Origin: Eledone cirrhosa
Taxonomy: Eukaryota
Assembly (NCBI GenBank): GCA_964016885.1
Contig: OZ024741.1
Location: forward strand, 143,902,001-143,966,000
Length of the DNA stretch: 64,000 nt
Reading direction: 5' to 3'
The notes under the pieces are model-generated. The model saw only the letters and a list, made by a program, of their open reading frames with translations. It did not search any database and had not been told where the DNA came from. The translations under genes and the position numbers were made by a program. Each line of letters opens with the position of its first letter. The first letter of the stretch is position 1. Below are positions 24,771-40,057 of the stretch, one piece after another.

Positions 24771-25920
24771 CATTTTTTCATTTAAATAATACCTTAAACT
24801 GAAAATATTTCTCAATTTCTTTATATTATAATTTAGAATTTTCTCATGCTTTTTTTTATTTACTAATTATAAAGAAATAAAATTTTCTAAAAATGAGGGA
24901 AGTGGTTGTCTTATTTTCACTTAAGGGTTTTGTGCATAGTGGATTTGTGAAACAAAAACTATACTCTAAACAACACTTAAAACATTTTAAATATCAAAAT
25001 ATTAAAACTTCATAAATATTTTCTCCACTCATGAGAATTTCAAAGCCATACTATGTGTTGATTAGCTGCCTCGGTTTATCACGGGGGTTTGGATTTTTGC
25101 CCATTTCTCAGACATAAAATAGGGAGGTTGTCAGCTTATATTCGAGTATGTATGGTAATCTGAACTGGCATATTATCCTCAGTGGCTCTCTTCAGTTAAA
25201 CCTGATTCTTAGCTCCTATTGAACTATTATTTGTTGCTATGGTAGTAATATTTCAGTGTCATGTGTTAGTAAAGAAGGCAGGGTAGTTCTCATTATCGAA
25301 CCATAAAATTCACAATTTGAATCCAACAAAGAGAAGATTCATTATTCCTCTAATTGAACCTCTCAACCAGTTTTTACATATAACTCGAAATTAGGAGAGA
25401 AATATTTTTTAAGATAATACATTGAATTTGCAACTGCAAACGAAGGAAGATGAGGGGTAATACGTGTGCCACAGGTATACTGCAACATTGCCATTAGATA
25501 CAATAACTCCATTGTCTTTGGCTGTTGAAATAGAGGTAATCAGTTTTGACCCCTATCAACAGTATTGTTTGTTCATTCAGTGTCACAATGTTTATAACAA
25601 GATAGTTAAACACTCTCCCAGAGTATTTTACTAGATGAAAACGAAGCAGAACTTATGTGAAATTACATGGCAAGGACACAATATACATTGTTCGACTTAA
25701 GTGTCAAATATTTAATTATATACATATTTGCTCCGACCTAGAAATCTTCTGCACTCAAAACTCATGTCTCATTGCCATGTAACATAGCAGTTTGCATACA
25801 AGCATTATATAATCTGCCTTTCATTCACTTTTGTTACCAGCAAAAAAACAGCATTCTGAACTTATTCCACCCTGTTCTGACACTGTAAAGCAGCCAGTGT
25901 GATAATATTATTATTGAAGT

Positions 25921-26138
25921 GGGCAGTGGATTGGTAATATCGGTAGAGCATTGGATAATATGCTTTATGGCATGGAGTTATGGTTCTTTACATTCTGAGT
26001 TCAAATCCCGTCAAGGTTAGCTTTGTCTTTCATCCTTACGAGGTTGATAAAATAAAGCACCAGTAATACACTGGGGTTGATTTTAATCGATTATCCCCTC
26101 CTCTTCAAATGGCTGGCCTTGTGCCTAAATCAGAAACC
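25921..26138 (+). mobile_element. Full-length tRNA-derived Nin/Deu-core SINE
   Basis: Exact TSD ATTATTGAAGT (25910-25920 / 26139-26149); B-box GAGTTCAAATCC; family core present. Confidence 0.88.
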
Positions 26139-26579
26139 ATTATTGAAGTTACCTTTTTTTGCAATATTATAACTGTGGATTTGAACAATTATTTAAGCCA
26201 TAAATAAAGTTTTACATCCATGTATTATTTCTTTTGAAAGATTAATAAAACTAACTTTTTATACATTAAAAAGGCTTTAACTTTTTTCTAACCTAAATGC
26301 TTTCAATTTCTAATTGAAGTTCTTTTATCTAAAAATCCTGAAATTCAACTTTTAAATACTTTCAGTTTCAGAGGGGACCTTGAAATAAAGAAGTGCCCCA
26401 AGAAAAATACATCAACATGTTTTATTTTTGTTATAGAATATTTAATGGAGAATAAAATATGACAGGTTTAATTAGTGGGTTTACTTCACAAAACCTAAAA
26501 TTATACAAATTTAAAAAAATCTGTTTAATCACTTTAAATATCATAATGCCTAGATAATTGATTACCATAATGTTTTATG

Positions 26580-28990
<2,411 letters not shown>

Positions 28991-28991
28991 T

Positions 28992-29177
28992 GAGGGCGGT
29001 GGGTTGGCAGTATCGGTAGGTCAGACGCCATGCTTTGCAGCAAAGAGTTACGGCCCTTTATGTTCAGATTCAAATGCCGCCGAGGTTAACTTTGCCTTTC
29101 ATCCTTACGGGGTCGATAAAATAAAGTACCAGTAATGCACTGGGATAATTGCTGGCTTTGTGCCAAAAGTAGAAACA
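28992..29177 (+). mobile_element. Full-length tRNA-derived Nin/Deu-core SINE
   Basis: TSD ATTATTAACCTGTAT / ATTATTAATCTGTAT. Truncated copies follow at ~29351-29447 and ~29830-29925. Confidence 0.88.
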
Positions 29178-30381
29178 ATTATTAATCTGTATCTCACAGT
29201 CTTTATTCACCATAATTTTAATTCTTCTCCACAAAATAGAAAACTATTCTTCTGTAATTTCATCTCGATGTCATCGAAAATAAAATACAAGACATTTTTA
29301 ACGTCGACACATTAGATTATAAGAGAATATAGTCTTTATATAGACTATGGGAGGTTAACTTTGCCTTTCATCCTTACAGAGTCGATAAAATAAAGTACCA
29401 GTAATGCACTAGTTATTTGTTGGCCTTGTGCCATAAGTAGAAACAATTATTGTATATAGTTTCGGTTTGTTTGTAGTTGGGTAAATACAACCTTGTATTA
29501 GTTCATCATACCTTCCAATCAAGATACTGTCATTAATTTTCTACAGGAACTTAATGTTATTTTTACAACTAAGAATTGCGAAAATAAAAAAAATGAAATT
29601 TTTTTTCGAAATTTCATCGACATAATCACAATCTATACTTTCGAAGTTTTCATTTAAAAAGAAAGTTATGATGAATTGTGAAAATAAAAAAATAAAATTA
29701 TTTAACCCCCTCCTCGTTAAATTTCAACATAACCATGCAAAATTTAATTAAAAATTATTAAGAAGTTATGATGAAAGAAAATCTGTGGTGGAGTAATCAA
29801 ATTCACATTCATAATCATTATCCATATCGAGGTTAACTTTGCCTTTCATCCTTACGGGGTCGATAAAATAAAGTACCAGAAATACACTGAGATAATTGCT
29901 GGCCTTGTGCCAAAAGTAGAAACAATTAATTATTCATGACAATTGGCCACTTCTCAGTAAGTTGTGTAGTGTGATCTGATGCTTAAAACAGGTGCCACGA
30001 CAGTTGGGAATAAACAATTATCTGATATCGAGATTTAATTTTTTTTTCAAATTAACTAAGATATTAGGAATAATTCTCAACTTATTTTGTAATTAAACGG
30101 CAAATTAAAGAAATAATCAATTCGGAATTAGTATAAAACTATTTTCAACTTATCTTAGAGGCACGACTTTCAAAGTTTTTTTTAGTAAATTTCGTACCAG
30201 CCATAATTTATATATATATATTGGGGAGGGAGTAGATTTTATTATTTTTAACATATGCGTCTGGATAAATTCTTTCACTTCTGAAAAATAACTCTTACAG
30301 TAATGTTTGTTGACGTTGTAAGCGTCTCTCATCAGCTTGAGTAAATCAAGGGAAGTAAATAAACGGTGTCGCACCGCAGAG

Positions 30382-30507
30382 ATGGCCACCACATTATTGC
30401 GCACCGCACTTATTGAGTGGAATATTTCTTCTCAACTTATTTCGTCTTTAAGTCAATCGAAATCAGCTTTCCAAACTACCTATTTATTACGATCTCATCG
30501 GAACAAG
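30382..30507 (+). CDS. ABCB7: ABCB7 probable exon 1 (mitochondrial targeting peptide-like)
   Basis: gagATGG context; MATTLLRTALIEWNISSQLISSLSQSKSAFQTTYLLRSHRNK|gtact; Ser/Leu/Arg-rich; phase 0; lies in a relatively CpG-rich patch. Confidence 0.7.
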
Positions 30508-33124
30508 GTACTCCAGACAATATGGTTCAAACCTTTGGTGAGAATAAATTTTCTTTTTATATTTTTTCGCTTCAGGTTGCGACGGCGCAGTAAAGGACTA
30601 GTCGAAGGGAACCGTCGACTCAGTTTCGTTTCCCTATCACCAATAGGTACATTGGCACCTCTAATGCTTTTGAGAAATGCATGTATGCCAAAATCTCACC
30701 AGAAAAAGTAATCAGTAAATCTAAGGCTTCGCTGCACTGGCGGAACTTTATTCTTTGTAGTAAAGAACTTTCTCTTCATAGCCCTCGTATTGAGAAGAGA
30801 GATGAGATTGTGTGGCATTCAGCTTTTCTCAAATTAAATAGTTTTAATTATATTAGTTATCATTTCTGCGAATAAGATGGAGTTAACTGAATAATCAAAT
30901 TCCACATTACATTGACCGCTATGTAACAACTGCCTTAACTTTTTTGACTTCGTTTGAAGGTGAAGGAGAACTTTAACATTTATAGGGTGTCATTGTTTAT
31001 TTTTGGTTAGATTCTTATTATATGTTTATCTGTTAGTTTATTTCATTTAGAATTTCCCCTAACTTAAAGTGATTTTATGGTTGCAAGTAGAAGTTACCTA
31101 CTCTATTAAGTGTTAGCACCTATGTACAAATCTATCTGTATATTTTATTTACACTTAGTGCAACGAAGGAGTGTCTTCGCGGTCGTTCAGTCTGCTAGAA
31201 AAAGCAAAATTTCCTTCAAATCACACTTTGCTGTCGAGAATAGGAGAGATATAACTACATTTTAGTGTAATTTTGCCCACGCAAACTTGTTCCCAAGTAA
31301 TGGTAATAAACTTTCGTTTTCGGAAAGAAGTGGGAACTAAACTATAGTTATGCTATATAATGTATTGTTGACAATAGATCTCATAAGAAAATGAAAGTAT
31401 CGCATGTCATTCACTGGATTCATTTTGCATGTCAACTCATATATACATTTATCATCGTCTTCATTTTACGTCCTCATTTTCATGCTCATTTGGGCTGGAT
31501 GGGTCCTCTCTATTACAGTCTACCTCCATATGTTGCATTCCTTTGTACTCTCCTCTGTGAGGTTCAGCCCTTTAAAATTAGCCCCCACTATTTCTGCCAA
31601 GGTCTTCCTCTACTACAGCCTCCTTCTACTTGAATCGCTTGGCATTTTTTTTCTACCCAAAGATCATTACTCATATGCATCACATGTCAATACCAGCACA
31701 GATTTCTCTTTTGTATACTACATCTGATTCCACTTATACCTAGCTCATCTGTGTTTCATGGTTATTGCACTAACATTACACTTCCCCCAGAGCATGTTTG
31801 CTTCATTTCTCTCCAACCTCTGTATTTATTAGCCATGTATCACGGCCATACAACATCGTACTTATGCGAGCTATTTTCACCTTGCCTATGATAACAAACC
31901 TAAACAAAACATGGAATAGTCACAGCTGGAATGCCTCTGATCATAGAGCTGCAGGGTGATGGGGGCTCCTAATTGAAGTATTGCTGATTAATACTTGTCA
32001 TGAATAGTTGACTCCTTAGAATTGACCACTGGTTGTAATAGTGAAATCTGAAGGAAAGATGGCAACTCTGAAAGGCAATTTTTTGTTATTAATACAATTT
32101 CGATCCTTTATATTGTGTTAAAACCCTGCCAAAGTCAGTTTCACATTTTATCCTCCTATGGTTGATGAATTGAAGTACCAGGTGATTTAACCATTTTAAG
32201 ACCAACCTGTCCCAAAACATATTTTGTTTCTATGAAACAAAACCACCTGTTTTAAAGGGTTCCTTTTCAAATTAAGATTTCCCAACATAATTTTATATCA
32301 GAACCATATGTTAAGTTACAATGTTCATAGAATAATTAATAATTTTTATAAATCCCTCAAAATTCTTTATTGAGCAATTCAACCAGAGTGTATTTCATTG
32401 GAAATATAGTCAGAAAAAGGTCAATCAGCTTGATCCTAGAGATTCACTAGGCCAGGTCATCATGCTACTTTTATGAGGCTTTAAATGACTGGATTTACAA
32501 GATTCCTCTATGAGTGGAAGTCTGTAGCACGGTTAACCCTCAGCTGCTGTTGGTGGAAATGTTTTTCAACTGAGTGGACTTGTGCAACATAAAATGAAGT
32601 GCTTTGTTCAAAGACATAGCTTATTGTCAGGTTCAGGAATCGAACCCTTGACTTAAAGGATCATGTGTTGACTACCCTAACCATTAGGTTGAGTATGTGG
32701 ATGCAGTATGACTGAATGGTTAAGAGGTTTGCTTTGCAATCATTATGTTCCAGGTTTGATCCCACTGCATATCATTGGAGTAAGTGTCATTTACCATAAC
32801 CTCGTGTTGACCTAAGTCTTGTGAATGAAGATTGACTAGACAGAAACTGTATGGAAGTCTGTTGAATGAACTATATCTGTAATTCAAATGGCCAACCTTG
32901 TCACATACAGTGTCATGCTGAATCTCCCTGATAATTACTTTAAGTGTACACATGTCTGTTGATTGCTCAGTCATTTACATATTAATTTCATAAGCAGGCT
33001 ATTCTGTTGATCGAGCAATTAGAAACCTCATCGTTGAAAATGACGTAGGTCCATCATTTTAGGTTGACAATACCATTCGACAAAATCTGTGACCCTGTGC
33101 TTATATTAGTTAACAATATTGTTA

Positions 33125-35520
33125 TAAGATGGTAGATTGGAATAATCGGTAGAACACCAGATAAAATGCCATTGCAGTATTTGTTCTGGCTCTTTACTTT
33201 CTGAGTTCAAATGCTGCTGAGGTCAACTTTACCTTTCATCCTTCCAGGGTCAATAAAATAAAGTACCAGTCAAGTACTGGAGTTGATGTTATCAACTTTG
33301 CCCTTTCCCCAAATTTACTTGTGACTAAATCAGAAATCAATATTATTATTATTCATAACCTTGAGTCCCTTTCTCCAAATATCTGCTTTCCTCCATTGCA
33401 TATTAGTGATTGTTGTTTAGTTCCAAGTCAACTCCAAACAAACAAACAAATCTATGATCAAAGACATTTCCAGCCATAACAATCTCGATTTTTTTTTTCT
33501 CTAAACATTTTTGTATCTAAGTTACATTATTCAATATGTCCCTTCCTCCCTTTTTTTTTTTGTTTTAAAGATGGTAAGATGTGGTTTCAGAGAGATTTTA
33601 CTGCTGTTTCAAGCAGATCAAGCTACCACATAGAGAAGGATTGAGGAATTCTTCACTGGACACCACCACCATTTGAAATCACCTGCTAATGAAATTTCCT
33701 AAAAAAAAATTTTAAAAAAATAAAAAATGGTTGAAACTTGTTGATATACTAATTAAAAAAGTTACTTTCAACACCCATAAAGATGTTTAAATCATTATAA
33801 TTGTTTGGTTAATTAATGCAGTATAACATTTTAAATTAATGTTGTTTAATATGACTGCATGCATGTCTAGGAATTTGTAAAATTTATTATTCAATATTTT
33901 TCTCAGTACAGCTGTAAAAGGATGGTGGATTGGCAGTACCGGTAGAGCGTCAGACAACATGCTTTGCTGCATATAATTATGGCCCTTTACATTCTGATTT
34001 CAAATCCTGCTCATGTTATTTTTACCTTTCATCCTTAAGGGTTCGATAAATTAAAGTACCAGTAATGCACTGGTGTTGGTTTAATCGACTTTCCCTTCCT
34101 CCAAATTGTTGGCCTTGTGCCTAAATCAGAAACAATTATTATACATCGGTGGGTTGACAATATTGGTAGAGAATTGGATAACATGCTTTGTAGCATATAG
34201 TTATGGCCCTTTATGTTCTCACTTCAAATCCTGCTGAGGTTAGCTTTGCCTTTCATCCTTACAGGGTCGATAATATAGTGCACCAGTGATGCACTGGGAT
34301 TGATTTAGTCAACTTTCCTCTTCTCTTCAAACTGCTAGCCTTGTACCAGTGGATTGTCAGGAGCCATAGAGCATCAAAGAAAATGCTTTGCAATGTTTAG
34401 TTACGACTTTCTACCTTCTGGGTAGAATTAATATATATATCCTACTAAGGTCCAGTTTGCCTTTCATCCTTCCAGGATCAATAAAATAAAGTAGTAGTTA
34501 AATACTGGGGGTTGATATAATCAACTTCTCCCTTCCCCCAAATTGCTTGGTGCTAATGTTAAAAAGAGTTGTTGTTGTTATTTTATGTTTCTAAATCAGA
34601 AACAATTATATTATTATTATTACAGGTACGAGGTTCCACTGGAAAGGTGAAAAGTCCTAAGACTGTAAAGTCTTCATTGTTTACACAGTTCAGCAAACTT
34701 TTCAAAAAGGTTTGTATGAAGTATTTCATGTACTGAGTTGACTTACCAAGTAAATTGGGGCAAATAATTGAATAATGGTTAGACAGAAAAGAAAAAATTT
34801 GATGGTGGTGATGTAATTGCCTGTTAATGCTATTCAGAATTGGTGGAATGCTGTATTTATTTTCATTCTTTATGTTCTGAGTTCAGATTTCAATGGGCCT
34901 GATCTTGTATTTTAGTCTACAATTTGGGAACAACAAAATTACTATCAATAATGGAGGCACATGGCTTAGTGGTTAGAGCATTGGCCTTGCAATCAAAAGG
35001 TTGTGAGTTCAATTCTCAGACCGGGTGATGTGTTGTTTCCTTGAGCAAGGCACTTTATTTCACGTTGCTCCAGTTTACTCAGCTGTAGAAATGAGATTAT
35101 AGGGACTGGGATCCCTATCATTCCACTGTAAAGTTGTTGTGGAGGTGCCACGGCAAAAAAGCACCCAGCACTCACTGTAAATGAGGTTGGTGTTAGGAAG
35201 GGCATCCAGCTGTAGAAATCAAGCCAGAATCAGTTCCCATCCCACCCTTGCAAGCAGGGAAAAGTGGACGTAAAATGAAATGATGAATATACTGGGTAAG
35301 GGTGGTGGATTGACAGTATCGGTAGAGTGTTGGACACTATGCTTTGCTGCATAGAGTTACAGCCCTTAATATATTGAGTTCAGATCCCGCCAAGGTTAGC
35401 TTTGCCTTTCATCCTTACGGGATTGATAAAATAAAGCACCAGTAATGCACTGGGGTCAATTTAATCAACTTTCCTCTCTCCTCCAAAATTGTTGGCCTTG
35501 TGCCTAAATCAGAAACAAAT
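33125..35520 (+). mobile_element. Cluster of same-orientation SINE copies around ABCB7 exon 2
   Basis: Copies at ~33125-33340, 33920-34135, 34145-34345, 34348-34560 and 35299-35520, plus a second tRNA-head family at ~34952-35090. Confidence 0.8.
34626..34709 (+). CDS. ABCB7: ABCB7 probable exon 2
   Basis: ttacag|...AAG|gtttgt; 84 nt, open, phase 0/0; basic sequence VRGSTGKVKSPKTVKSSLFTQFSKLFKK. No conserved motif. Confidence 0.6.
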
Positions 35521-35915
35521 AATATACTGTGTGTCTATTCTATTAAGTATACCCTCTCCATTACAATTTTGTTTCTTAATACTTTTAATACTAAACCATC
35601 CTAGTCTGCCCATTGTTCTGAGATACAAAACTTGCTCATTTTAAATTGTTCATATTTAAATTAAGATGTTCATCATAATTATATGTAACAATATTTTTTT
35701 ATATAATGTTTAAAAAAATAATCTAATTACAAAAGTTCTTTTCTAAATTCCTTCAAATTCTTAATAATTTTCAAAATTTATTTGAAAACAGTATATTTCA
35801 TTAGAAATATGGTAACGAAAAGGCTATGTGCCAATGCAAAAGAATCCTCATTCTAGATGCTTAAAATTGACTAGTAAATGCCAACTTTGTTGGTGTATTT
35901 TATTGTACTCAACAG

Positions 35916-36119
35916 CAATTTCCTGTCTCCCTTGGAAAAAGAGGATGTTTCCATCCCAGTGCGTCAGTTGGGTCAACAAACTCCATTGGTGTGGGCAAAG
36001 CAAAAGAAGTGACTGGAGTTGACATTATCAGAGCCATCGGCAAGCATGTGTGGCCACAGGGGCAGTTGGGCATAAAAGCTAGGGTTTCAATCGCTGTCAT
36101 TTTGCTCATTGGCTCAAAG
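35916..36119 (+). CDS. ABCB7: ABCB7 exon 3
   Basis: caacag|...AAG|gtaag; 'RGCFHP...IIRAIGKHVWPQGQLGIKARVSIAVILLIGSK'. Confidence 0.9.
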
Positions 36120-36759
36120 GTAAGATTTATTACAAATTCTAAAACAGGGTATCAATGAATATCACTTGACGGTAACAGTATTTGTGGAAGTGGTGGTGGT
36201 AGTACTGATGTACATTGTTATGGTCTTTGTGGTGGTGGTAGTACTGATGTACATCATGGTGGGGGATGCATATACACCAGCAATATCACCTTGACCGACC
36301 AGTCTGTCGGGCGCCAATCAGCGCCGCTGGTCACAGCACGTCGTGCTGTTTTAGCCATAAGATAACGCCATCCCACTGGCTGGGCGGGCAGGCCGGTACT
36401 CATTTCTACAGCTGAGTAAACTGGAGCAACGTGAAATAAAGTGTCTTGCTCAAGGAAACAACACATCACCCGGTCTGAGAATTGAACTCACAACCTTTCG
36501 ATTGCAAGCCCAATGCACCTTCACACACCAGCAATATATATGTATATATATCATCATCATCATCATTGTTTAACGTCTATCTTCCACGATGATGATGATG
36601 ATATGAGCAGTTTGATAATGGAATCGGGTCCATAACTTCAATGGGTGACCTTGAGCCAATCCTCTGCGAAACACATATAATAGGCCAATACACAATAAAA
36701 AATTAAATACATGTAAACGAAAATTAATAGTTTTTTAAAATATATATATATATATATAT

Positions 36760-37355
36760 ATAATAATAATGAAATATTGTGTACAGTGCTCAGGTGCACT
36801 ACAACTCATCAAAATGTGTATGTATAGTACATAGGGTAATGTACAAACGTCAGGAAAATGAACAGTGCATGAGTCATGATATAATGAACAGTGCATGAGT
36901 CATGATATACACATGTGTGCATGTGTATGGAAGGGGTACATCAGGTGTAGTTTTGGCATATTTCGGGAAGCATGAGTGTTTTAAAGGATGCAGTGTCTCG
37001 GCAGCTAACAACAGACGCAGGCAGTTTGTTCCATGCTTCAGCAACTCTGAGCGTGAACAAATGTTTACGAAAGTCATGGGAGCTGTGCTGTTTTCTGATT
37101 TTGTAGGCATGTCCACGTGTGTTAGACACATGGAGATCAAAAGGGTGGTCAGGGTTGTTGTTGGCGAGTTGGTTAATAATTTTGTGGGTGTTTACCAAGT
37201 CCATTGCCAGACGTCGGAGATTCAATGAATCCATGCCCAGGGAAGCAAGGCGTTCAGAGTATGGTAGATGTCTGATGGAGGGTATGCACTTGGTTGCATG
37301 TCTCTGAACAGTTTCCAGGTGGTCAATGTTCTGAGCAAGATAGGGGTTCCAGACT
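36760..37355 (-). mobile_element. CR1/L2-like LINE 3' end
   Basis: Same family as 28235-28860; 'LFTLRVAEAWNKLPASVV'. Confidence 0.85.
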
Positions 37356-37792
37356 GATATATATATATGTTGCTACTTTCTATTTCAAAATGATATGATG
37401 GACTAACTTTCCCTGTGAAGTGGCAAATAGTATTAATATTAATTAAAATACAACCTCTCATCATAATTTTATGTAAGAACCTCTTATTAATTTATGTTCC
37501 AAACAACACTTTTGTGGTGGAAAAATTAAGTATTTACTAAATCCTTCCAAATTCTTCATTATTTTCAAAAGGAATTGATACATGGAATCAGAATATTTAA
37601 TTAGAAATACTCACAAAATGGTTAATGAAATTACATTTATATGTAAATAAAATAATTTATTAATTATTTAATTAATTAATGTGTGTGCAGGAGTTTCAAA
37701 TATTTGTGACACAATTATAGTTCTCTCTTAATCTCTTTAACTTTGTTTGTCTGTCTTCCTCTTTTTAACTCTCTCTCTCTTTATCACTGCAG

Positions 37793-37922
37793 CTGTTGTT
37801 GGTCCAAGTACCATTTCTTTTCAAATACATCATTGACCATTTGAATGGTTCCAATGAGTATCTCAGCCTGGCCAATGCACCGTCAACCATTATCACTGTG
37901 TCCACCTCATTGATTATTGCCT
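37793..37922 (+). CDS. ABCB7: ABCB7 exon 4
   Basis: ctgcag|LLLVQVPFLFKYIIDHLN...TSLIIA + 1 nt|gtaagt. Confidence 0.93.
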
Positions 37923-38494
37923 GTAAGTATGTCATTTATACTTCCCATACTTCACATTAAAAAAAAATGTTACTGCTCTTTGCAGTAGTAACTGGCTCTT
38001 CTGTGCAGTCTTGCTGTTTGTAGGTTCTTTTGTGTTGTGGTGTTGGGGTGATTGTAGTTGGTTTTCATATGAGATGGTGGTGGTGAGGGTAACCATTTCA
38101 GTATGGTGGTAATTCCTCTTCAGTGTGGTGATAGTGGTAGTTAGTTTTTATTTCAGGTGGTAGTAGTAATGATAGTTCTTATATGAGGTGGTTGTAGTGG
38201 CAGTTGGTTCTTTTATAAGGTTGGGATGGTGGTTATGTGTCTTGATATATGATGGTTGTAGTTGGGTCGAGTGTAGTGATGGTTTGGAAATTGTGTGGTA
38301 TGGTGGTGGTGATGGTGGCAGGAGTTAAATAGCATATGATATAAAAGTAGTGATAATGAAGATAGTGGCTGTGTTGTCTTGTTATAATAGTATAAGTTTT
38401 GGTAGTGATAACTTTTTGATGTTAGCATGTAGGATTAGTCAACTTGAATTTGTACACCACATGATACTACTTAACTCATTGGAAGGTGATCTCT

Positions 38495-38850
38495 GGCATG
38501 CACTGGATATTTTTGCTACACAGCAGGAATGAACATCAGTACTGCGAAGATTGTGACACTCGTCCTCTCAAGAAAACTTGCGCAGTGCACTCTGCAGGTG
38601 AAGAACTTCAAGTATCTCAGGATTGTTTTCATGAATGATGGAAGGTAGAAGGCTGAATTAAATGCAAGAATTGCAGGAGCTGGTACAGTAATGCTTCAGC
38701 ACTCAGTCATCAGAAAAAGGGTGGTAGGTGTAAAAGCCAAACTCACTATCTTCAATTCAGTGTTCATGCCTATCCTATCCTATGGTCAGGAATCTTGGGT
38801 AATGACTAAAAGAATATGATAGTGAATACAGGCAGCCAAAATTATTTGGA
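38495..38850 (+). mobile_element. RTE-like LINE fragment
   Basis: Similar to the reverse complement of 5146-5350 (GGCTGAATTAAATGCAAGAATTGCAGGAGCTGGT). Confidence 0.7.
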
Positions 38851-39870
38851 GACAGATGCTTCTGATAGGACCTACTGGAAGGTATGTTTGAGGATTCTGC
38901 CCCAACTACCCCCCCCCCTCCCAGGAATAAGTAGACACAGAAGAAGAGGCATGGGTTGGATAATACATTTTGAAGCAGTTATTCTACATCAGGATATCCT
39001 TCATGATGCAAACCCATACTTTATTTATAAGTTTGGCACATAAAGCTAATCTTTGGCAAAACACTATGCAGTGGGGTGTATTGTTTACACAAGGCTTATA
39101 CAAATGACACTGCTTACTTTAAACAGTGTCAAAATGAAAACACATGTGGTAAATCGACACATACTGACACATACACAATGGGCTTCTTTAGAGTTTCTAT
39201 GAACTAATATTTCATGCAGTATTTACTGTGGGATCCTAGTAATTCACTGAACTCTCTCCAAGGTATTCTATGGTATTATCTTTGCCTACAAGCACATCAA
39301 CAAACGTTTTAAGTTCATTTTCTTTGTTAATGCAGGGTTTAAACGTTACAGGCCTCAAGATAGACTTCATATTGATCATGATATCCTTTTTGAGGCAATG
39401 CTGGATGCCTTCCTGGTGCCAATCCTTATAGTCACCTCTTATGGCATGTTGAGATATGGTATAGCTATTTTAAATGGGATACACACAGAACTTTTTACCT
39501 ACATACAATAAATTGACAGAGTTGCTAGAACATCAGATAGAATATTTTGCAGTATTCACTCTGGCTTTAAATCTCACTGAGGCCAACTTTGTCTTTCATT
39601 CTTTTAAGGTCGATAAAATACTAGTATTGGGGTTGAGTCTTCTGTGTCACTTTCTCACTTTCTCTCTAGAAAAGGTTGGTTGTAGTCACATCTGGAGAGG
39701 GATGTGTTCTGTCCATAAAACTCTATCAGGAGTTAAGGGCTCATGGATCTTTATATACATTTAATTTTTATTTCATTCCAATATCTGCTGTTCAGCTTGT
39801 GTTCCCATTAATTCTTTTCTGTTGACTTGTTTCACTTTCAGTCTTTTATAATTGCTTACTTTCATCATAG

Positions 39871-40057
39871 ATGGATTAGTGCGGGCTGGTGCCAGTGGTT
39901 TTAATGAACTCCGCAATGCTGTTTTTGCCAAAGTATCACACAATTCCATACGACAAGTGGCTCACAATGTATTTCTTCATTTACACAACCTGGACTTGAA
40001 TTTCCATCTTGGTCGCCAAACAGGGGCTTTGTCTAAAGCTATTGACAGAGGAACCAG
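39871..40057 (+). CDS. ABCB7: ABCB7 exon 5
   Basis: [62 protein letters not shown], an ABCB7/Atm1 hallmark; ag/gt boundaries. Confidence 0.97.

Noticed and set aside
30576-30710. Possible ABCB7 exon after ttcag at 30575
   Set aside because: In the phase required by exon 1 it reaches TAA after five codons.
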